A DNA stretch of 41,741 bases. Origin: an uncultured Candidatus Saccharibacteria bacterium (lineage in GTDB: Bacteria > Patescibacteriota > Saccharimonadia > Saccharimonadales > JBBQAJ01). The position numbers and the translations under genes are program-made. The notes beneath the pieces are model-generated. The model ran no database searches, was not told where the DNA came from, and worked only from the letters and a program-made list of their open reading frames with translations. This document shows positions 21,173-27,345 of the stretch, one piece after another (position 1 is the first letter of the stretch; each line of letters opens with the position of its first letter). The DNA lies in NCBI GenBank assembly GCA_964593805.1, contig CAZQHP010000002.1, positions 1-41,741 of the forward strand, written 5' to 3'.

Positions 21173-21911
21173 CGCCGTTGACGTTCAGTATTTCACCGGT
21201 CACAAACCCAGCCCCCTCTGAGGCTAAGTAGAAAGCTGCCTGGGCTATATCTGCCGGCACTCCCAGCCGACGTACGGGAATGGTTTTTAAAGATGCCTCT
21301 TTTCTTTGTGGTGATAGACCGGACTCCCCAAAAAAATCTGTATCACCAATTAGTCCGGGGGCAATGCAATTAATCGTGATACCGTCTGCCGCCAAACTGG
21401 GCATGAGCGTACGGCTGAGGCCATGTATGCCAGCTTTTGAAGCCGCATATACCTGTCCGCCAACACCAGGTCGGCTACTACCCGCTAGAGCTGCCACTGA
21501 AGTTATATTAATAACTCTTCCCCCTGGCCTGCTCATATATTTTTCAAAGGCAAATATCATATAAAAAACGCTGGTCAGATTGGTTTTGATTAACTCGTCC
21601 CAGTTTCCTGCTGCTTCAGAGAGCTCAACATCTGGGCTTATAGTAAAAGTTCCTCCGGCGTTGTTTACCAGTACATCGATTTTTTTATGCTTTTGAATTA
21701 TGGTATCTCGAGCCTTTTCAACCGACTTAGTATCTGCCACATCAGTTGCTACGCATTCAATCCCCGGAAATCCTTTGGCGGTTTCCCGCAGTTTTTCTAA
21801 GCGGCGCCCCAGCACGTATACCCTGTCTCCGGATTCAGCAAACCTACGGGCAATTGCCCTGCCCATCCCGCTGCCGCCGCCTGTTACAATCACTACTCGT
21901 TGCTTAGCCAT
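21153..21911 (-). CDS. Short-chain dehydrogenase/reductase (FabG-like)
   Basis: TGGGSGMGRAIA (the TGxxxGxG cofactor motif), NNAG and YAASKAG (the YxxxK catalytic motif). The start is set at MAKQRV (21911), which is preceded by AAGGAG. The ORF-track start at 21953 would overlap the upstream gene. Confidence 0.85.
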   Translation of the reverse strand: MAKQRVVIVTGGGSGMGRAIARRFAESGDRVYVLGRRLEKLRETAKGFPGIECVATDVADTKSVEKARDTIIQKHKKIDVLVNNAGGTFTISPDVELSEAAGNWDELIKTNLTSVFYMIFAFEKYMSRPGGRVINITSVAALAGSSRPGVGGQVYAASKAGIHGLSRTLMPSLAADGITINCIAPGLIGDTDFFGESGLSPQRKEASLKTIPVRRLGVPADIAQAAFYLASEGAGFVTGEILNVNGGAQFGR

Positions 21912-21940
21912 ATTTCTCCTTGCCCCCGAGTATACACACC

Positions 21941-22255
21941 TTATGGCGTCCACAGAAGTTCATTCACATTTATTTTTAAATCCTCGCCAACCCGCACGCC
22001 CTCGGCCTCCAGGTGTTGTTTGTGTCCTTGCACGCCGCCGGGATAACCTTCGGCCAGACTGCCGTCTTTCTTTACGACGCGCTGCCAGGGTAGATCCGGG
22101 TTGCCAAAATGCGCCACTCCGCCCACAATCCGCGCCGCCCGCGGGCTGCCGCACAGCGCCGCAATCTGCCCGTAAGTCATCACTCTTCCCTCTGGTATCT
22201 GCCGTACAAGCTCTTCTACGCGCTTGGCAAATCCAGCATCAACTTCAGAATCCAT
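21941..22255 (-). CDS. Alkyltransferase-like (ATL) protein: MGMT-fold DNA-binding domain without the acceptor cysteine
   Basis: This 104-aa protein matches the MGMT C-terminal domain (TYGQIAALCG...RIVG). PWQRVV replaces the catalytic PCHRV motif. Confidence 0.7.
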   Translation of the reverse strand: MDSEVDAGFAKRVEELVRQIPEGRVMTYGQIAALCGSPRAARIVGGVAHFGNPDLPWQRVVKKDGSLAEGYPGGVQGHKQHLEAEGVRVGEDLKINVNELLWTP

Positions 22256-22263
22256 AGTAACTC

Positions 22264-24144
22264 CTAGGATTTGTGCGGCACGCCTTGCAACGATGTCTTA
22301 TGTACGCGAGCTTTGGCTTCGTGAGCCACTGTTTTTAGAAATTCTTCAGCGCCAATGGCTTCAGAAGCTTCCTGAACTTCCATGTCTTTACGAATACGCG
22401 GTATCAATTGACCAGATGATATTTCTTTTTCACCAATCACCACCGTGTATGGCACTTTTAGCATTTCTGCGTCTCGAATCTTCTTGCCAACCGATTCATT
22501 GCCACTGTCTACCTCTGCCCTGAGCCCAAGTTTTTTGACCTGCTCCAGCAGATTGGCGGCAAACTTAACTGTCACGTCTTCCTGGTTGACCGTTATAATC
22601 CTAATCTGCTCTGGAGCCAGCCAGACAGGAAACCTACCAGCGGTATGTTCTATATACACCCCTAGGAAACGCTCTATTGACCCAAGCAATGCACAATGGA
22701 TCATGACCGGTGTTTCGGTGTTGCCGGAGTCTGTAGTGTATTCCAGTTTAAAGCGAGTCGGTTGTACGAAGTCCAGTTGGACTGTCGCCAGTTGATGCTC
22801 TCGGCCAATGGCGTCGGTAGCCATAAAATCAATCTTTGGCCCGTAAAAGGCCGCTTCGCCGTCTTCTTCAAAATAATCCAGTTTGTTGGCTACAACGGCG
22901 CTTTTAAGCTGTTTTTGAGCGCTCTCCCATAATTTTTTATCGCCCAGATAGGCGTCGCTGTCGTCGCGATAAGACAAGCGTACGCGCAGTTTCATGTCTA
23001 CTGTCGCATAGAGGTCGTTGGCAGCCGCCATGAGATTATTGATTTCGTCTTCAATCTGATCAGGGCGGCAAAAGACATGGCTGTCATCTTGGGTCACTGC
23101 TCGCACACGAGACAAACCACCCAATTCACCGCTCTTTTCATCACGATAAATTGTGGCTGTTTCCAGATAGCGAACCGGTAAATCACGATAGCTGCGCGGT
23201 TGCGAGGCATAAATCCGCGTCTGGTGCGGACAGTTCATCGGTTTCATGACCAGCTCGTCTTTGGTCTCCTGGCTTTTGACCAAAAACAATTCGTCACCAA
23301 ATTTCGCCCAATGACCAGACGCTTCATAAAGTTCTTTTTTGGTAATATGCGGCGTCCAGACCTTCTGGAATCCGTAGCTCTCTCGCAATTCATTGGAGTA
23401 ACTGGTTAGCGCCTCGCGAAGAATTGTTCCCCGCGGCGTAAACATTGGCAGTCCGGAGCCCACCATGTCAGATACTACAAACAAATCCAACTCTTTGCCC
23501 AAGCGGCGGTGGTCGCGTTTTTTAGCTTCCGCCAGCATCTCCATGTGTTTGTTGAGTTCTTCTTTGGTATCAAACGCCACTCCGTAAATACGCTGCATTT
23601 GAGCGTTTTTTTCATTGCCACGCCAGTAGGCGCCGCTAACGCGCATGAGCTTAAACGCGCCTACTTTGCCCGTAGATTCCACATGCGGACCGCGGCACAG
23701 GTCTGTAAACTCGCCATTTTTGTAAAAAGACACCTTGCCCAGAGCACTATCGCCCTTTGTAATCGTACCCAGTTCTTCAGCATCCAGGTCTTTGGCCACA
23801 GTGGTGCCGGCTCGCTTAAGGTCGTTCAGCAATTCTGCTTTGTAAGTTTGTTTTGCATCCTTTGCCCATTTGATAGCTTCATCTATTGGCAGCTCAAATC
23901 GCTCAAACGGCTGATTGGCGTTTATAACTTTGCGCATTTCTTCTGTAATGCGCTTAAAATCTTCCTCTGACAGCTTTTGGTCGCCCAAATCCACATCATA
24001 GTAAAAGCCGTTTTCTACTACAGGTCCCACTCCAAGCTTAACCTCTGGCCAAAGCGTAGTTATGGCTGTAGCCATAATGTGCGCCAAACTGTGCCTCATG
24101 GCATGTAAATGATTGCCGTCTTTTTCTCCCATTGCACTCATCAT
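22264..24144 (-). CDS. thrS: Threonine-tRNA ligase, short form lacking the N-terminal TGS domain
   Basis: RHSLAHIMA (editing-domain His pair), HRRLGKELDLF, class II core motifs and a C-terminal anticodon-binding domain. GAGGTG lies 4-5 nt upstream of the tandem ATG ATG start. Confidence 0.93.
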   Translation of the reverse strand: MMSAMGEKDGNHLHAMRHSLAHIMATAITTLWPEVKLGVGPVVENGFYYDVDLGDQKLSEEDFKRITEEMRKVINANQPFERFELPIDEAIKWAKDAKQTYKAELLNDLKRAGTTVAKDLDAEELGTITKGDSALGKVSFYKNGEFTDLCRGPHVESTGKVGAFKLMRVSGAYWRGNEKNAQMQRIYGVAFDTKEELNKHMEMLAEAKKRDHRRLGKELDLFVVSDMVGSGLPMFTPRGTILREALTSYSNELRESYGFQKVWTPHITKKELYEASGHWAKFGDELFLVKSQETKDELVMKPMNCPHQTRIYASQPRSYRDLPVRYLETATIYRDEKSGELGGLSRVRAVTQDDSHVFCRPDQIEDEINNLMAAANDLYATVDMKLRVRLSYRDDSDAYLGDKKLWESAQKQLKSAVVANKLDYFEEDGEAAFYGPKIDFMATDAIGREHQLATVQLDFVQPTRFKLEYTTDSGNTETPVMIHCALLGSIERFLGVYIEHTAGRFPVWLAPEQIRIITVNQEDVTVKFAANLLEQVKKLGLRAEVDSGNESVGKKIRDAEMLKVPYTVVIGEKEISSGQLIPRIRKDMEVQEASEAIGAEEFLKTVAHEAKARVHKTSLQGVPHKS

Positions 24145-24159
24145 AACACCTCTGTTATA

Positions 24160-24200
24160 AAAAAGAAAAAGGTCAAACGTTCTCGCAAATACGTTTGACC
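24160..24200 (-). promoter_or_regulatory. Terminator-like hairpin with a U-run inside the thrS 5' leader, a candidate attenuator
   Basis: On the minus strand a perfect 10-bp stem, GGTCAAACGT (24200-24191) / ACGTTTGACC (24180-24171), is followed by TTTTTCTTTTTT. It ends about 16 nt before the thrS ATG. Confidence 0.5.
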
Positions 24201-24395
24201 TTGCCCATCCGGAGGGTCACAAAACCGCTCCCAAAACTCCGCACCACACGATCTAAACTTTTTATGTTTCATGATCGTAGATACTAGCATAGCATACTAG
24301 CACTATAGTACCAGTACTTTATTATTGTTATTCTTACATCCTGCCTGTGGATTGCCTTTTCAGCCGCTTTTAGCTATGCTTTACCCTGTTACTAG

Positions 24396-24472
24396 GGGCG
24401 GTTAGCTCATTTGGCTAGAGCGCTACATTGACGTTGTAGAGGTGATAGGTTCGAATCCTATACCGCCCACCA
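24396..24472 (+). tRNA. tRNA-Val (anticodon GAC), CCA encoded
   Basis: A 77-nt cloverleaf was folded by hand: acceptor GGGCGGT/ACCGCCC, anticodon loop TTGACGT, T-loop TTCGAAT. A possible promoter (TTGCCT, 17-nt spacer, TATGCT) lies at 24352-24380. Confidence 0.9.
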
Positions 24473-24517
24473 ATTCAAAAGGACGACAAAGTTGTCCGTT
24501 TGAATTGGTCAAAAGGC

Positions 24518-24546
24518 TGGTTCCGCGAAGCGATACCGCCCACCAG
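24518..24546 (+). repeat. Degenerate second copy of the tRNA-Val 3' end (T-arm remnant plus an exact 13-nt repeat)
   Basis: ATACCGCCCACCA at 24534-24546 is identical to 24460-24472. The preceding GGTTC (24518-24522) mimics the start of the T-arm GGTTCGAATCC. Confidence 0.7.
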
Positions 24547-24560
24547 AAATTGGAAAATAT

Positions 24561-24983
24561 ATGCTTACACACACCTGGCACTCACTGCTAAATATGAAAA
24601 AGTACGATAAGCAGTGGCATGAAGACGACATCAAGGAAGAGTATGAAGAATTACGGGCAGCTAACTCTTTATTAGAAAAATGGAGTGAGTACTCGGACGT
24701 TTGCTATACGTATTCTAGAGCTAAGTGGACAGGTTTTGATATTAACTTACCTATACCCCTTCATATGTATTATGTCGGTTTGTTATATATGTTTCCAAAA
24801 TATAGCTTACGTTTTTTGTTTTTTAGAAGAGTGGGCAGGAAATTTGGCAAAAAGATTCATGAAGTTAGAAATCCGAGAAAGCGAGCGAAACTTCATATAA
24901 TTGCCGAGCGCAACGAAATTCCTTCTAGAGAGTTTATCGCACGATGCGAAAAACAACTGCGATATTGGCCATTACTCAAGTAG
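24561..24983 (+). CDS. Hypothetical protein, possibly a MazG-like all-alpha NTP pyrophosphohydrolase
   Basis: EEYEEL (ExxE) ... EKWSEYSDV (ExxD) has the spacing typical of MazG-type metal-binding helices. The gene is visibly AT-rich. An alternative start is at MKKYDK. The assignment is weak. Confidence 0.3.
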   Translation: MLTHTWHSLLNMKKYDKQWHEDDIKEEYEELRAANSLLEKWSEYSDVCYTYSRAKWTGFDINLPIPLHMYYVGLLYMFPKYSLRFLFFRRVGRKFGKKIHEVRNPRKRAKLHIIAERNEIPSREFIARCEKQLRYWPLLK

Positions 24984-26058
24984 CTCGGTATTCCTCGCAG
25001 ATCCGTTGGAGATAGCGGATATTGTGTATGGAAGTTAGAGTGCCGGCCAGCGGTTCGCCAACTTTGAACTGGTGGCGCAAGAAGCCGCGGCTATAGCCAG
25101 ACATGCAGGTAGTACAGTCGCATTTTGAATCAATTGGCTTGGTGTCTGTGGCATATTTTTCATTTGTTAAATGAATCTGTTTATCGCCAGAAATCCAAGC
25201 TGTTCCATGGCGGGCATTTCGTGTAGGCAGCACGCAGTCCAGCATGTCTATGCCGTGCTCTATGGCGTAGCGCAGATCTACGGGATCGCCTACACCAAGT
25301 AGAAAATGCGGTCGCTTTGAATCATATAATGGCGCTAGGAAGTCCAGCATGTCATGCATATCTGCCCGAGACTCACCCACCGACAGCCCGCCAATAGCAA
25401 CACCATCCACCGGCAAGTTTTGAACCATTTCTAAACTTTTCTGGCGCAGATTTTTGTCCAAACCACCCTGTGCTACGCCGAATAGCAGTGGCCGTTCGTT
25501 TTGCGGCATGGCCTTGGTTAGTCTCTGGAATTCAGCCAATGAACGCTCCAGCCAGCGATGCGTACGCTCAAAAGCCTCTTTTGTACGGCCCCGCCCCGCC
25601 GCGTCAAGCGCTACCACGTCATCAAAAGCCACCATTATATCAGCGCCTAGCTTCATTTGTACTTGGATGGATTTTTCGGGAGAAAGAAACACTACGTCTC
25701 CATTGCGCGGATCCTTAAAAGTTACGCCTTCTTCGGTAATTTTGTTTATGTGGGCCAAAGAAAACACCTGAAAGCCGCCAGAATCTGTAAGCAGAGGCAA
25801 TTTTTGTTTAGTGAAAGCATGCAGCCCGCCCAATTTGGCAATAACGCCTTCGCCAGGCTGCAAGTGCAGATGATAGGTGTTGGCCAGCACCACTTGCACG
25901 CCGGTACTGCAAACCTGCTCGGGAGAAAGCGATTTAACCGCGCCGCGCGTGCCATCCGGCATGAAGGTCGGCGTCAGTATGTTTCCGACCCGTGTTTTCA
26001 GCACGCCGCTCCGCCCGTCATTTTTTAATGACTCATACCTAAACATATCTGAAAGCAT
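24976..26058 (-). CDS. tgt: Queuine tRNA-ribosyltransferase
   Basis: TPTFMPDGTRGAVK, LANTYHL, DSGGFQVFSL, GLSVGE and the zinc site CDCTTC...H. Confidence 0.93.
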   Translation of the reverse strand: MLSDMFRYESLKNDGRSGVLKTRVGNILTPTFMPDGTRGAVKSLSPEQVCSTGVQVVLANTYHLHLQPGEGVIAKLGGLHAFTKQKLPLLTDSGGFQVFSLAHINKITEEGVTFKDPRNGDVVFLSPEKSIQVQMKLGADIMVAFDDVVALDAAGRGRTKEAFERTHRWLERSLAEFQRLTKAMPQNERPLLFGVAQGGLDKNLRQKSLEMVQNLPVDGVAIGGLSVGESRADMHDMLDFLAPLYDSKRPHFLLGVGDPVDLRYAIEHGIDMLDCVLPTRNARHGTAWISGDKQIHLTNEKYATDTKPIDSKCDCTTCMSGYSRGFLRHQFKVGEPLAGTLTSIHNIRYLQRICEEYRAT

Positions 26059-26102
26059 AGCATATGAAGTCGCTTATGTTATGACATATATTTGACAGGG
26101 TA

Positions 26103-26131
26103 TTGACATCATTATGCTTATAACCTACACT
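26103..26131 (+). promoter_or_regulatory. Candidate sigma70-type promoter at the start of the tgt-nrdR gap
   Basis: TTGACA (26103-26108), a 17-nt spacer, then TACACT (26126-26131). A second TTGACA lies at 26092-26097. Confidence 0.4.
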
Positions 26132-26299
26132 GGTACGGTTAATCGGGAGGCGCTCTTTTTTGAGTACCGTTAGCAACGCTCCTTTGGAGGGTTTTAAGCT
26201 GTTCTATGAAGAGCTGAAGCCAATCAAGAGCACAACTAGTCGCATGCGGCGCGTTCGCCCTGCTCTGGCTACCAAGTAGCAATCAGGCTGAACGATAGG

Positions 26300-26325
26300 C
26301 CCCAGGAGCAATCCTGGGGTTTTTT
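26300..26325 (+). terminator. Intrinsic terminator
   Basis: CCCCAGGA / TCCTGGGG forms an 8-bp stem with a GCAA loop, followed by TTTTTT. Confidence 0.7.
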
Positions 26326-26464
26326 GTACGCCAAATGCACTCACATAAACTAACCAGTTGCGACGTCCGCCAATGCGGCCTTTTCGCCCTACTGTTCTTG
26401 TATGAACAAGAAAGTAGGCAAAGAAATCACGCCATGGGCTGCGAAACGTGACTGTCTGCCTAAC

Positions 26465-26553
26465 CAGAGTCTAACCGCGCCAGCAGAATAGCGTGTTCAT
26501 GTTTTTCGGGAATATTCACCGTATGACTGCTGGCTCGACTCGGTTAGACTCTG
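26465..26553. repeat. 89-nt long inverted repeat or hairpin
   Basis: CAGAGTCTAACCG (26465-26477) pairs perfectly with CGGTTAGACTCTG (26541-26553). GCCAGCAG (26479-26486) pairs with CTGCTGGC (26527-26534). Confidence 0.7.
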
Positions 26554-26934
26554 AAGTCAGCCAATCAGTTTCTTGAATGGCGGGAACAAGCAGATGTCCG
26601 CTGAAAGCGGACTGTTATAAATAATCCGCCTGCGGCGGGTGCCATGGAGGTTAGCCAGGCTCTGGAAGTTCCTGATGGTGGAGTTGTCAAAGTTACCTTT
26701 AGAGCGAGGAGTCCGCCGCGGCGGATGACGAGTATGGTGGCTTTGACAATGTAGCCATAAAGAACTGGAAGTGGCTGTCAGCTTTTTTGGTTACTTTTTT
26801 GCTGATGAAAAAAGTAACTCGCAAGCAAGCCGAAGGCGTGCGAAAGGTATTTTATGGCTCTAAAAGCATTCTATCGCGATTTATACATACCTTTTCCACT
26901 AGCATTTTAAACTGCCGTATGACAATATATAGCT

Positions 26935-27345
26935 ATGGTATGTATATATTGCGGTTCAAAAACCAGCGTCGTAAACTCCCGACCCCAGAAGCGGCAGAAC
27001 CATATTTGGCGACGCAGGCAATGCGGCAGTTGCGCGGCCGTATTTACCACTTCTGAAGAGCCTGATTTTTTAAAAAGCCTTTCGGTGGTCCACGGCAACA
27101 ATTTACAGCCGTTTTCACGCGACAAACTGTTCCTAAGTGTTCATGACAGCTTACGTCACCGAAAAAGCGCTACAACTGACGCTTCTGCGCTCACAGATAC
27201 CGTGATAAGCAGGCTATACCCTGCAATTACTTCGGGAAGTGTGGATAGCGCGGAAATTACAAAGTTTGCCCATGCCATTCTAAGAAATTTTGATAAAGCG
27301 GCGGCTACCTATTACGAGGCTTACCACCCCATTGGCGCTAAATAA
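26935..27345 (+). CDS. nrdR: Transcriptional repressor NrdR (short form)
   Basis: The N-terminal zinc ribbon is CIYCGSKTSVVNSR...RRRQCGSCAAVFTTSE, followed by the start of an ATP-cone (FSRDKLFLSV). Confidence 0.85.
   Translation: MVCIYCGSKTSVVNSRPQKRQNHIWRRRQCGSCAAVFTTSEEPDFLKSLSVVHGNNLQPFSRDKLFLSVHDSLRHRKSATTDASALTDTVISRLYPAITSGSVDSAEITKFAHAILRNFDKAAATYYEAYHPIGAK

Noticed and set aside
21960-22257. ORFs 21960-22154 (minus strand) and 21700-22257 (plus strand), with Arg/Pro/Ala-rich translations
   Set aside because: They are out-of-frame or antisense products of the relatively GC-rich ATL/SDR region, with low-complexity composition typical of shadow ORFs.
24141-24300. A confident call of a T-box riboswitch upstream of thrS
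   Set aside because: Only a loose match to the T-box core (GTGTGGTGCGGAG) and a terminator are visible. I could not identify Stem I, a specifier loop with an ACN codon or a convincing antiterminator. It is reported only as a candidate attenuator.
26787-27125. ORFs 26787-27056 (plus strand) and 26907-27125 (minus strand)
   Set aside because: They overlap the well-supported nrdR gene out of frame or antisense. The first starts inside an 11-bp hairpin.
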